DNA of 64,000 bases from Octopus vulgaris. Its lineage: Eukaryota. The translations under genes were made by a program, and so were the position numbers. The stretch covers positions 19,716,001-19,780,000 of the forward strand of contig OX597818.1 in assembly GCA_951406725.2 (NCBI GenBank), given 5' to 3'. Each line of letters starts with the position of its first letter. The first letter of the stretch is position 1. Of this stretch, positions 27,040 to 40,185 are shown in pieces. The notes below the pieces were generated by a model, which saw only the letters and a list, made by a program, of their open reading frames with translations, did not search any database and had not been told where the DNA came from.

Positions 27040-27551
27040 GGATCTGTGATGATCTGGGCGTTGGTGGGGAGCTACATCTTGGAAATCTGCTGGCCCAATG
27101 GTTTCCCTTCATGGCAGAATTAAAAGTCAAGGCTATTTAAGCATTTTTATCTGAACAAATTCTCCTATGGTTGCGGGACTGTTTCCGAAGGGAAACGCAA
27201 TCTTTCAGGGTGATAATGCACCAATTCACACAGCTAAAGTTGTTACTGAATGGTACGAGGAACATTCTAGTGAAGTTGAACATCCCTATCTGGCCACCAC
27301 AGTCCCCAGATCTCAATATTATTGAACATTTACGATGCATTTTAGAAAAACCAGTAATGAGTCGATATCCTCTACCATCATCACTACAAGACCTGGAGAC
27401 TTTTTTAGCTGAAGAATGGACAAAAATTCTTTTGGAAACAATTCATACCTCGTAGAATTCAAGGTGTAACTACTGCCAATGGCGTCCTACTCGATGTTAA
27501 AATAAATTTGTTTGAAATTTTAAGGTGTTTTCAGTATTTTGTATAACCCCT
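27040..27551 (+). mobile_element. Tc1-like transposase relic
   Basis: Frameshifted motifs SVMIW, FQGDNAPIH, WPPQSPDLNIIEH. Confidence 0.85.
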
Positions 27552-27990
27552 ATTTATGTGTGTGTGTGTGTGTGTGTATACACGAAAGAGATAAGAGTTC
27601 AAAAACGGGTCAAATTACTTTCTAAAGCTCAAGGTGAAAGCTTAATAGATACAGAGAAACGCAATTTTATTTCAGTGATATAGACTATTGGTTTGCAAAG
27701 TCCATTTGTAATACATGTGCCAACTCTCATGTCAAGCAACGAACGGATATTTATGTATATGGTCACTAGGTTAGTTAGAAATAACTACCAAATAACGCAA
27801 AAAACCCACACACCCTATTGTATTTGGAATAGTATGGGCTTATTGGTGCCATGTAGTCCTACAAACCTGACGCTCTGTAACCATGCCGGAGAACCACTCT
27901 GAAGTTTTCGTTGACCAAATCAACCCCATCTGTCTCATTTTGTCGAACCGTTAAGTTATCGACAACCGGTCACATTATACATCGATCAGA

Positions 27991-28023
<33 letters not shown>

Positions 28024-28090
28024 ACCTCGTGAGTACCGCTGGCGATTTTTTTCCTCTGTCTTCCCTTCTCGGGATCTTTCCTTCTCCTAT

Positions 28091-28125
28091 GTTTCCGACG
28101 AAGAGCTCCGCTCGAAACGTTAAAC
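28091..28125 (+). ncRNA. Minimal type I hammerhead, CCGACGA core variant
   Basis: GUUU CCGACGA a GAGC-UCC-GCUC GAAA CG UU^AAAC; in a roughly 200 bp segment between (TG)n and (TA)n. Confidence 0.6.
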
Positions 28126-28237
28126 CCTCCTTCTTCCCTTCTTTCCTGAGCGTCCAATAATACTTTATTTGTTCCATGTCCTCGCGTTGTTGTGTTTTTT
28201 TTTGTTTTTTTTTTTGTGTTTTCTTGTTTGGATTAAC

Positions 28238-28293
<56 letters not shown>

Positions 28294-28351
28294 CCATGAT
28301 AAGATGGCTATATATATATATATATATATTAGCCATGATAAGATGGCTTCT

Positions 28352-28428
<77 letters not shown>

Positions 28429-28450
28429 CCATGATAAGATGGCTTCTATA

Positions 28451-28484
<34 letters not shown>

Positions 28485-28486
<2 letters not shown>

Positions 28487-28668
28487 TTCGTTACTACCCT
28501 CAAGGGACTAAACAAAGAGGGGACAAACAAGGACAGACAAAGAGATTAAGTCGATTACATCGAACCCAGTGCGAAACTGGTACTTTATTTATCGACCCCG
28601 AAAGGATGAAAGGCAAAGTCGACCTCGGCGGAATTTGAACTCAGAACATAACGGCGGACGAAATACCG

Positions 28669-28670
<2 letters not shown>
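28485..28670 (-). mobile_element. SINE family B, partial
   Basis: Reverse complement of the family B core and tail. Confidence 0.8.
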
Positions 28671-28709
<39 letters not shown>

Positions 28710-29334
28710 TCACACCAGAGTACCTCATCGCTCGCTTCTCTTGCTGCATGAATGCCAAGCATATGCTGATATTGATATCTTCCCACTTCTTCCCTGTCAG
28801 TACCCAAAGCCATTTAGGTAACTTTCGATGTTATATTGCTGAACAAGGAAGAACTTTTACTGAGGTGAAGAATTTCTGAAGTGATACTGCTATGACTACT
28901 GTTGAATCATCAGCTGATACTTTGGAATCCATTATGCTTTGGTTCTGTTTACAAAGGAAATATCGCGATAGATCGGTTTTCAGCCAATAGCACAAACATT
29001 TTGCTTGTCTAGCAAATGGAATTCTGTTGTTGTTGTTGTTGCTGTTGTTGCTGCTTATTGCTGTTATATTTGTTAGACCGATGGATTAAGTATGTAATGG
29101 TAATTAGTTACATTTTTTTATGCTCTGAGTTCAAATCCCACATTGGTCGATTTTGTACTACATTGAGATTGGTGCTATGGAATTGTACGTCCTGTATACA
29201 TACATACTTGCATACATACATACATACATACATACTTGCATACATACATACATACATACATACATACATACATACATACATACATACATACATGCATACA
29301 TAATACATCCATCCATACATACATACATATATTG

Positions 29335-29668
29335 AGACCCCCTTCGGTCATGACTGACCGTGGGATTGCACCTAGAAAGTTACCCTCCCAGGCACAAGTC
29401 CGGGCAAGGCTGTTTATGGAAGACCAGCAGTCGCCCATGTTTACCGGCCTCCCCTCTCCACGCCACCAGTGTTATCCAAGGGAAAGCCAACAGCCGATAC
29501 AGCTTGGCACCCGTGACGTCGCAACTCATTTCTACAGCTGAGTGAACTGGAGCAACGTGAAATAAAGTGTCTTGCTTAAGAACACAACACGCAGCCCGGT
29601 CCGGGATTCAAACTCACAACCGCACGATCGTATGCTCGACGCTCTAACCACTGAACCATGCGCCTTCA
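29335..29668 (-). mobile_element. SINE family C
   Basis: Homologous to 23878-24244; inserted in (TACA)n. Confidence 0.85.
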
Positions 29669-30176
29669 CGCGTACATACATACATACATACATACATACA
29701 TACATACATACATACATACATACATACATACATACATACATGCAGTGTATCTTTTCTGTTTCACTGTATCTGCGGAAATTTTAAAATTTAGTGAAAATTT
29801 TAAAATTTGGTGTATTGATGTAATTTTCCACGTTGAATCTCAGGAGATAGTTCACTTTTCCCAGAAAAAAAAAATTTAAAACAAGTTACAGAGGTTTAAA
29901 GTTTGATCATCTTTATGGCGAAAATAGATTTCATGTCAATGATTACTATACAAAACTACATCAACACACATAATATCAAATCAACTGGAACCAAAATTTA
30001 AGAAATTGAAAAGTGGCAGCTAAACAGAAAAGATCCCACACAGGTACAACATCGATTTTCCGGAACTTCTAGTTTCAATGCCTTTCTAAATTGTTGATTC
30101 TTTCGAATCAGGAGTGGTCATCTTGGTCTATATTAAACAAATATAAAATTTACATTAATAATTAACTTAAATAACC

Positions 30177-30390
30177 CGGCGAGCTGGCAGAATCGTTAGC
30201 ATGCAGGGCTAAATGCTCAGCGACATTTCGTCCGTCCATACGTTCTGAGTTCAATTTCCAACGAGGTCGACTTTGCCTTTCATCCTTTTGGGGTCGATAA
30301 AATAAGTACCAGTTGAATACTTGGGCCGATGTAATCGACTTACACCCTTCTCCGAACTTGCTGGCCTTGTGTCAAAATTTAAAACCAATA
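30177..30390 (+). mobile_element. SINE family B
   Basis: Head and core as in 33128-33358. Confidence 0.8.
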
Positions 30391-31084
30391 ATTAAATGAA
30401 ATACAGATATCTGTTCATACATGTATACATATATATATATATATGTGCATGCACACATGCATTCATCTATCCAAGCTTGTTTTTTGCCCTAATATTTACA
30501 CGTTATTTGTAGCGTTATCTGATTCGAGTTCATGTTCCGAGCATCTCTTTCTCCAGTGCTTTTTTTTTTTTCTACAACTTACTCCAGCCATCATCCCCTT
30601 TAATTATACCCGCTGAAAAATCTCTAATTTTTTGATCACCGAGTAAATCTATCATCTGGCAAAATATGAAATATTTCGCCACAAATCATGTCCTAACATC
30701 ACAAAGCCCTTTCGTCTCCCCTGCTTCTCATCACCCTTGTCATCTAGCTTTCTCTGGCCCCCGTATTGCTACCTGTTCAGAATTTGTGGCAGTCCTTCTA
30801 AATTTTAATTTCCTAGGTCAGAGGGAATCCTAATCACCAAGTCGCAGACCAGTACCGAGCCGAGGATCATTTGGTACCGGGCCACACAATACGAATAAAT
30901 TTTGGAATTTTATTTCCATTTTATCGATTATCGATTATTCATTGAAAATCCGTCCCAGCAGCAGTCAGATAGAGCACTAGATGCATTTCGGCCTTTTGGG
31001 ATCTTCTGGTCAGTAAGTGGCCGAAATGCATCTTGCATTCTTACTGGTAGCTGCTGTGAGAATTCACTCTCTCTCACTCACTCA

Positions 31085-31163
<79 letters not shown>

Positions 31164-31474
31164 CCTCTCTCTTCCTGTCTCTCTCCCCTCGCTCTCTCTT
31201 TCTCTCTGATATTTATTGTTTTTAACGCAACAAGTACATATGAGATGTTATCTAAGGACAAACACTGCAGTAAATATGTATACATCAAGTATGATATACG
31301 AGTAGCTAATTTAATTTAACACCGCCTCAATTGCGTTTACCGGATAATAGTAACTATGATGCAGTTTTTAAATACTTAATGAAAATATTCTCGTCCAACT
31401 CAATTGTTATAAATTTCTAAACAAAACTTGTTATAAATTTATATCATAATACTGTATGATAAATAAAAATATAA

Positions 31475-32115
31475 ATGCGCCCTTTTAAAGCCTAGCTAGG
31501 CTCATGGGCCCGATATCCCGGTTTCTATGGCGTATGTGTTCCCCAGCTGGACGGGACGCCAGTCCATCGCAGCGTTACTCATTTTTGCCATCTGAGTGGA
31601 CTGGAGCAACGTGAAGTGAAGTGTTTTGCCCAAGAACACAACGCGTCGCCCGGTCCAGGAATCGAAACCGCAATTTTACGATCATGGTGCTGACAGCCTA
31701 ACCACTAAGCCACGCGCCTCCACAATATTGCATGATTATATACTTGAATCTAATAGGCGCATGCGTGGTTGTCTGGTAAGAAGCTTGCTGCCCAATCACA
31801 TGGTTCAAGGTTTAGTTCCGCTGTGGGACACCTTGGGCAAGTGGCTTCTGCTATAGCCTGTGAGTGGATTTAGTAGGCGGAAACTCGAAGAAGTCTGTCG
31901 TATATATGTATATATATGTATGTGTGCGTTTGCTCCCACCACCGCTTGACAACCGGTGTTAGTGTGTTTACGTCCCCGTCAATTAGCGTTTCGGCAAAAG
32001 ACCCCGATGGAATAAGTACCTGGCTTTTAAAGTAAGTACTTGGGTCGATACATTCGATCTAAAATTCTTCAGGGTGATGGCCCAGCATGGCCGCAGTCTA
32101 ATAATGACTGAAACA
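31475..32115. mobile_element. SINE family C variant (minus, 31475-31720) and family A (plus, 31755-32115)
   Basis: Shared CTGGAGCAACGTGAA core and tRNA head; family A head and tail. Confidence 0.75.
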
Positions 32116-32275
32116 GATATAATATATATTTTATTTTAGAGGCGGGGATTCTTTTGCCGAACAGCTAAAGTAATGGGGACGTAAGCACACCAACACCGGT
32201 TGTAAAATAAATCGAGCCTCACCTAATAATAATCCAGTTACGACCCTATCGAGTTGTCTTTCACACACACATACT

Positions 32276-32314
<39 letters not shown>

Positions 32315-32440
32315 TCTCTCTATGTATCTTCCTTACTCTCATCTTTTCTGTCTTAATCTATCTTTTTCAACACCGATTGTAAAATAAATCGAGCTTCACC
32401 AGGATTGATAATAATAACCAGTTACGATCCTATCGAGTTG

Positions 32441-32532
<92 letters not shown>

Positions 32533-32920
32533 TCTCTCAATGTATCTTCCTTACTCTCGTCCATTCTGTCTTAAACGGTCTATCTTTCTCAAGCTTTAAA
32601 TATCTCCGGTTGATGACCTCAATTTTCTTCATCCACCCCACTCTGATTCTCATTCATTTTCGTCCTACACTATCCCACTTCCCCTGGTTTTCTCACACCA
32701 ACGAGAAGAGTAACCTCAATCGGTCGCCGTTAAATTTGGCGCGGTTAAAAAGGTCACAGTCAGGGTAACGGAATTTTATCGGGATCTCAAAACACCCTGC
32801 TTTCTGCTCTCCTTTTGTCTTCACATCATCTGAATTTGCTTTACATCTGCTCTCATATCCTGCACTTCAGTACAGTAAAGGGAGCCGGGGATAAAGTTTA
32901 AGTTATGATAGAGAGAGAGA

Positions 32921-32966
<46 letters not shown>

Positions 32967-33127
32967 TACATTATAAAAAAATGTCACGTTTTATAATAAA
33001 ACTCTTGAATATATATATTTCTTTACTACCCACAAGGGGCTAAACACAGAGGGGACAAACAAGGACAGAAAAAGGGATTAAGTCGATTACATCGACCCCA
33101 GTGCGTAACTGGTACTTAATTTATGGA

Positions 33128-33358
33128 GGCGGAGAGCTGGCAGAAACGTTAGCACGTCGGTCGAAATGATTAGCGGTATTTCGTCTGCCGTTACGTTCTG
33201 AGTTCAAATTCCGCCGAGGTCGACTTTACCTTTCATCCTTTCGGGGTCGATAAATTAAGTACCAGTTACGCACTGGGGTCGATGTAATCGACTTAATACA
33301 TATGTCTGTCCTTGTTTGTCCCCTCTGTGTTTAGCCCCTTGTGGGTAGTAAAGAAATA
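33128..33358 (+). mobile_element. Full-length SINE family B with 16-17 bp TSD
   Basis: GGTACTTAATTTATGGA at 33111-33127 and 33359-33375. Confidence 0.9.
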
Positions 33359-33523
33359 GGTACTTAATTTATGGACCAGGCGTGGTTGTGTGGTTAAGAA
33401 GCATGCTTCCCAGTCACATGGTCCCCGGTTCAGTCTCACTGCGTGGCACCTTGGGCAAGTGTCTTCTACTATAGCCGACCACAGCCTCATAAGTGGATTT
33501 GGTAGACGGAAACTGTAAGACCG

Positions 33524-33567
<44 letters not shown>

Positions 33568-34125
33568 GTGTGTGTGTGTGTCTGTGCCGGTGTGTCAGTG
33601 TTTGTCCCCACCAACGCTTAACAACGAGTGTTGGTGTGTTTACGTCCCCGTAACTGAACAGTTACGGAGACATTAAAAGAGACCGATAGCATAAATACCA
33701 GGCTTTAAAAAATTAGTCATGAAGCCGATTTGTTCGGCTAAAACCCTTCAAGGCGGTGCCCCAGCATGGCCGCCGTTAAATTACTGAAGCAAGCAAAAGC
33801 TATCGGCGCAGTCGTGGCTGTGTGGTTAAGGAGTTTGTTTCCCCAGCCTCATCGCTCAGGATTCAGTCCCACTGCGTGACACCTTGGGCAAGTGTACTAT
33901 ATTGCCCCGAGCTGATTAAAGCCTTGTAAGTGGATTGGTAGACGGAAACTGAAAGCAGCCCGTCACAATAACCTAAATCGATATCGCTGCCCCATGGGAA
34001 TCGACGTTACTACCGTTTTTAATCCCAGTAGAAGCCTCCTCCAGTTGGTTATCGATACAATCTGCACCTGATATATTTTGCAAGCAGGGGAGCGAACCCC
34101 TACCATCTTCTAACAGACGACAGGT

Positions 34126-34174
34126 TCACCAGACCGTACGGTTTCGGGCTATTTGTGCCCATCGTCAGTGGTAG
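34126..34174 (-). ncRNA. Type I hammerhead ribozyme
   Basis: Minus: UACCA CUGACGA u GGGC-ACAAAUA-GCCC GAAA CCGUACGG UC^UGGUG; predicted cleavage between 34132 and 34131. Confidence 0.85.
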
Positions 34175-34265
34175 ACACACGTTCGTTAGAGATAGCTCCA
34201 GCTCGCAATATATAGAAAGCTAATCTCTAATAGAGATTTGCTAACTCGCTGCATTGCTTGTTATA

Positions 34266-34381
<116 letters not shown>

Positions 34382-34953
34382 TGTGTGTGTGTGTTAACAA
34401 GTGACTTAAAATATTTAATTCTTCAACAATTATCTGATACAGGTTTCAGTCATTGGACTGCAGCCATTTTGGGGCACCGCTTTGTAAGAATTGGTCGAAC
34501 AAATCGACCCCAATTGGTCTTCCACAAGCAATCCTACCCAGACTTGTATCGGGAAGGAAAACTTTCTGAGTGCAATGTCATGGCTATTCGTGATCGAAGA
34601 GTGTCTCCTCCTACATATAGGCGTGGCTGTTTAGTAAGAAGTCTACTACCCAACCACATGCTTCCAAATCCAGTCTCACTGTGTGACACCTTTGCGCAAA
34701 TGTCTTCTGTCGTAGCTTCGGGTCGACGAATGCCTTGCGGTGAATATGACAGACGGAAACTGAAAGAAGGCTGTCATGTGTTGTGTCTGTGTGTCCTACT
34801 ACTTGACAACCGGTGTTGGTGTGTTTATATCCCGGTAACCTAGCGGTTTGGCAAAGCAGCCGATAGAATAAGCACCAGGCTTTAAAAAAAAATTAAATTG
34901 ATTTACTCGATTAAACAGGTGATCAACGACTTTTTGATTAATTTGTTTATTAA

Positions 34954-35129
34954 CCCATTACCCGGCAGAAACGAATATATGCGTTTTGACCTAAATCGTT
35001 TTTTTCTGTCACTGGCGAGTTAACTCGTCAAAAGATAGACTCGCCAAAATCGACAATTAAAAAATAAAACAATTAAAAAATATGTCTGAAAAAATACATT
35101 TATTTTCAAAATAATTGCTGGGTAAGGGG
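34954..35129. mobile_element. piggyBac-like MITE
   Basis: TTAA|CCCATTACCCGGCA...TGCTGGGTAAGGGG|TTAA; empty site visible in the inverted copy near 36680. Confidence 0.8.
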
Positions 35130-35283
35130 TTAATCAACAGTTCGTAGCTTACTTGTTTACTTGATTGCCTGGTAAGTTGGCAGTAATGTAACGTGTTATG
35201 CAATCTAATTGTATTCTGCTCAAAAAACTCCTAATGAACCAATTGTAGCAAAACCAGATAACTAATTCGTCTGTTTTTATTGC

Positions 35284-35314
<31 letters not shown>

Positions 35315-35877
35315 TGTATGTATGTATGTATGTGTGTGTGTATGGATGTATGTAGGTAAGACAAAGACAGATGTGTTCCGTTTTAATAAACAAAATGGAC
35401 AACATACTACTTACTGGTCTATGATTGGTCTATATATATATATATATATATATGTCCAACCCATGCTAGCATGGAAAACGGACGCTAAACGATGATGATG
35501 ATGATGATGATATATATATATAATGTGTGTGTGTGTGATGGATTGTCTTGTGATAGACAAATGATAGTGGCGTATAGCTACATCCAATATAATAATGGTA
35601 GATACAGTAACAGCGATATATGTGATCTCTGGATGTGCGGCGTTTTCGTTTCAGCGTTTTGTCACTCGTGTTACTGGGCCAATCATAGACTAGTATGTAG
35701 TATGTTGACCATTTTGTTTATTAAAACGGAACACATCTGTCTTTGTCTTACCTACATACATACATACATATATACACACACACATTATATATATATATAT
35801 AGACCAATCATAGACCAGTAAGAAGTATGTTGTCCATTTTGTTTATTAAAACAGAACACATCTGTCTTTGTCTTAGC

Positions 35878-35953
<76 letters not shown>

Positions 35954-35955
<2 letters not shown>

Positions 35956-36461
35956 CAATAATAAATCTCTGAGCGAGGTATAAACAGTAACTGCTCTGTA
36001 ATATAAGCGGGATCAGCCATCTGAATGTGGCTAGGGACAGGGCGGGGTGGTGGGGGTGTTACTGATGCATTTAGCCCCAGGCGACTATAGACGTCACCAG
36101 AAGAGCCGACACCATCACGGTGTCCTTGCTAGCCTGCAAAGGGAGATCAGCCTCCCCGAAGATACGGATGCTACACACGGACCGGTTTCGAGGTAGTCGC
36201 CTCTCGTCAGCGCATGGCAAGCACCGTTCTTCATTGAGGGACTTCCTCTACAGGCTAGATATATATAGATTTTCACAGTAAACACAGTCACTGGCGTAGA
36301 AAATCTGTTCGAAAACAATAATAAATCTCTGAGCGAGGTATAAACAGTAACTGCTCTGTAATATAAGCGGGATCAGCCATCTGAATGTGGCTAGGGACAG
36401 GGCGGGGTGGTGGGGGTGTTACTGATGCATTTAGCCCCAGGCGACTATAGACGTCACCAGA
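35954..36461 (-). mobile_element. Non-LTR retrozyme-like element, 1.4 copies of a 360-nt monomer
   Basis: 148-bp identical direct repeats 35954-36101 and 36314-36461; central hammerhead; no ORF; microsatellite flanks. Confidence 0.85.
36164..36227 (-). ncRNA. Type I hammerhead ribozyme
   Basis: Minus: CAUGCG CUGACGA GAGG-CGACUA-CCUC GAAA CCGG UC^CGUGUG; helix I extends (UGCU/AGCA, ACGG/CCGU); predicted cleavage between 36180 and 36179. Confidence 0.9.
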
Positions 36462-36499
36462 CACATACACACACACACACACACACATACATACATACA

Positions 36500-36530
<31 letters not shown>

Positions 36531-36756
36531 GCAATAAAAACAGACGAATTAGTTATCTGGTTTTGCTACAATTGGTTCATTAGGAGTTTTTTGAGCAGAA
36601 TACAATTAGATTGCATAACACGTTACATTACTGCCAACTTACCAGGCAATCAAGTAAACAAGTAAGCTACGAACTGTTGATTAATAAACAAATTAATCAA
36701 AAAGTCGTTGATCAATTTAATTTTTTTTTTAAGCCTGGTGCTTATTCTATCGGCTG

Positions 36757-37127
36757 CACACACACACACACACACACACGCGCGCGCGCACACGCACACA
36801 CAAGCTCCTACATACATTTGCATATATGTTGGCGCTGTTTTTGTTTGGCCAGTAACTTAATCTGAGATCATGTGTTGCAAGTGAAACAGTTACATCCTGA
36901 TAATAAGTCATTTAAAATGCACGCTTGCGTATACGAGCGCGCGCGCACACACACACACACACACATACACGCGTGCACTGTCACACATACACTCGCAAAT
37001 TTATTACCCTTCATTTTGTTTGATTTAGAATTGGTGATAGAAAGAAAAAAAAGATAAAATAGTCTATTTAAACCGGTAGAAATCATTCTGTGGAGGCTAA
37101 ACAAAACAAAGTAACTATAGTGTGAAC

Positions 37128-37200
<73 letters not shown>
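36757..37200. repeat. Local direct duplication, copy 1 (copy 2 at about 39670-40130)
   Basis: About 440 bp of highly similar sequence bounded by (CA)n and (GA)n. Confidence 0.9.
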
Positions 37201-37205
<5 letters not shown>

Positions 37206-37219
37206 TATATATATATATA

Positions 37220-37285
<66 letters not shown>

Positions 37286-37399
37286 TGGATTGTCTTGTGA
37301 AAGACAAATGATAGTCCAGTAAAATAAAGCTGTAATTATGTTCTATGGACACGAATGTGTTCCTAGAGGCCTGCTGGTGCATTGCAGAGCTTTTGACAA

Positions 37400-38255
37400 A
37401 TGGAACAAGTTGGGGACTCAGTTTGCTCGAGTGCTTGTGGATCATTTACTATGTGTTTCCTTGAGTTGACGGCAAGGCCTGCTTTACTTCGTACAACAAA
37501 ACCTCAATGACAGTTAAAGTTTCCATTCCGAAGAGCAGCGTTTTGCCAGCGCGCCTTCATGCTTGCACGAAGTTGGTCCCGAAGTTGGAGTCGACTTTGC
37601 TCAAATTTTTGAACTGAGTTGAAGTATGACTGGTGCCAGGCCCTGCGTTCTGATGCTTTGTTTTCCCAAGAAGAAAAGGGAATGTTGCATCGTTTCAGAT
37701 TGTCTTTAATTTGTCTTTGAAGCGCAAGGGTGGCCTTCCAAATGACTTTCCTGTTGGGAATTGTAGCAAAGAGTAGTTGCTTCGGAATTCTGATAACATT
37801 CATACATGAGAGATGACCTGACCATCTAAGCAATATTTTGATGAGGACAGCATCAATATCTGATATGTTGCTTTTTGCTAGAGTTAACTATCTCCAACAT
37901 AAAACCGAGTGGCCATATTCACTGTCGTGAATATGGCCACTCGGTTTTATGCTGGAGATATTGCTCAAATATCACATGTGACAAGCGTCAAGCTGGTTGA
38001 TGTGCTTTCGGTACAGAGTCCAAGACTCAGCACCATAAAGCAATGATGACAAAATCGCCGATTTATATACATCGACTTTTACCTTCAACGATACGTTCTG
38101 GCTGTTCCGAAGACTCTGATAAAGCTTAACGAAAGTGGAGTTAGCCTTCCCGATTCTGGAGTCAGTTTCTTTAACCATCCTAGCATCACTGGACATAATG
38201 GAACCAAGGTAAGTGAAGAAGGAAACAGTTTTTAATGCTTTCCCATCAGCATGTA
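37400..38255 (-). mobile_element. RTE/BovB-like LINE fragment
   Basis: FTYLGS, SRIGKA, KVDVYKSAILSSLLYGAESWT, LRWSGHL..M...RIPKQLLF. Confidence 0.9.
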
Positions 38256-38317
38256 TATATGTATGTGTGTATGTATGTATGTATGTATGTATGTATGTAT
38301 GTATGTATGTATGTATG

Positions 38318-38500
38318 TAGGAGTGGCTGTGTGGTAAGTAGCTTGCTTACGAACCACATGGTTCCGGGTTCAGTCCCACTGTGTGGCACCTTGAGCAAGT
38401 GTCTTCTGCTATAGCCTTGGGCCGACCAAAGCCTTGTGAGTGGATTTGGTAGACGGAAACTGAAAAGACGCCCGTCGTATATATATATATATATATATGT

Positions 38501-38540
<40 letters not shown>

Positions 38541-38750
38541 TTGTGTGTCTGTGTTTGTCCCCAACATTGTTTGACAACCGATGCTGGTGTGTTTACGTGC
38601 CCGTAACTTAGCGGTTCGGCAAAAGAGACCGATAGAATAAGTACAGGCTTACAAAGAATAAGTCCTGGGAGGGGGGGTCGAGTTGCTCGACTAAAGGCAG
38701 TGTTCCAGCATGGCCACAGTCAACTAACTGAAACAAGTAAAAGAATGAAA
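38318..38750 (+). mobile_element. SINE family A
   Basis: Near full-length copy. Confidence 0.85.
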
Positions 38751-39525
38751 GAGTATGTATGTATTGGCTTGTCCACCTAGCTAACGGGTTGGCATCATTC
38801 GAAAGACTCAACAGTACTAGGAAGCGCATCGTGGCCAGCGGCATATAACCACATCTGATATACAGTGACAGTAATATATTTAATTTCTGGGTATGCGGCG
38901 TCTTCGTTTCATTGTTTTGTGTTACTTTGTTACATTGGTCCACCATAGACTTGTTGTACGTTGTCCATTTTGTTTATTAAAATGAAGTGCATCTGTTTTT
39001 TTATTCTCTTTCTATTTCTCTCAGTTAACTCTTTGCAAACAATGAGCACTTGGTGTGGCCTTATTACAATAGTACTGGCTATAAAAATAAAGGAACAAAG
39101 GATACGTTTGGCGGAATGACAAAAAAGAAAAAAACAAAGAAAAAACAAAGAAAAAACTGCCAAATTTGCCAGCCAATTAGTTCTTTCACTTTGTAAGCAT
39201 GCACGTTTGGTTTTTTTTCTTTATTGCTAACTATAATCTACTTGCACGCGTCGGCCTTGTAAACAAGAAAATATATACGTATGCCTATTCAGTTGACTTC
39301 GTAATGCAAGAAAAGACGTGCATACATCTCAAAGTACGTTATGCATTTCTAACGTCTTATAAATATTTTTTTGTATCTAAACTAATTTTTTCACTGTTCT
39401 ATATTCAATGCTATATTTTTATTATCCCGTACTCACAAACTACAGAGTGCCAATTATTCATTGCAATATTGTACCAAAAAAAAGCCTGAAGAATTCTGTC
39501 TTGTTACTAAATAGGAAGGAATGGG

Positions 39526-39571
<46 letters not shown>

Positions 39572-39667
39572 CGCACACACATGTATATGCGCATGTATAA
39601 ATTCATTGCTTTTATCACTGCGAACATTCCATTTTAAATTCCTACACACTCGCGTGCGTGCGCGCAT

Positions 39668-39703
<36 letters not shown>

Positions 39704-39874
39704 GCACACGCACACACAAGCTCCTACATACATATGCATATATGTTGGCGCTGTTTTTGTTTGGCAAGTAACTTAATCTGAGATCATTGGTTGCAAGTGA
39801 AACAATTATATCCTGATAATAAGTCATTTAAAACGCACGCTTGCGTATACAAGCGCGCGCGCACACACACACAA

Positions 39875-39905
<31 letters not shown>

Positions 39906-40078
39906 CGTGTGCTGTCACACATACACTCGCAAATTTATTATCCTTCATTTTGTTTGATTTAGAATTGGTGATAGAGAGAAAAAAAAAGATAAAATAGTCT
40001 ATTTAAACCGGTAGAAATCATTCTGTGGAGGCTAAACAAAACAAAGTAACTATAGTGTGAACAGGAGAGAGAGAGAGA

Positions 40079-40124
<46 letters not shown>

Positions 40125-40185
40125 GAGAGAGAAAGAGAAAGACAGGGGAACAAGACTAGCAATTTTGAGAAGTTAGTATATGCTT

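Noticed and set aside
28290-28452. Short repeat occurring three times with spacers, CRISPR-like at a glance
   Set aside because: Spacers are microsatellites, the context is eukaryotic and there are no cas genes.
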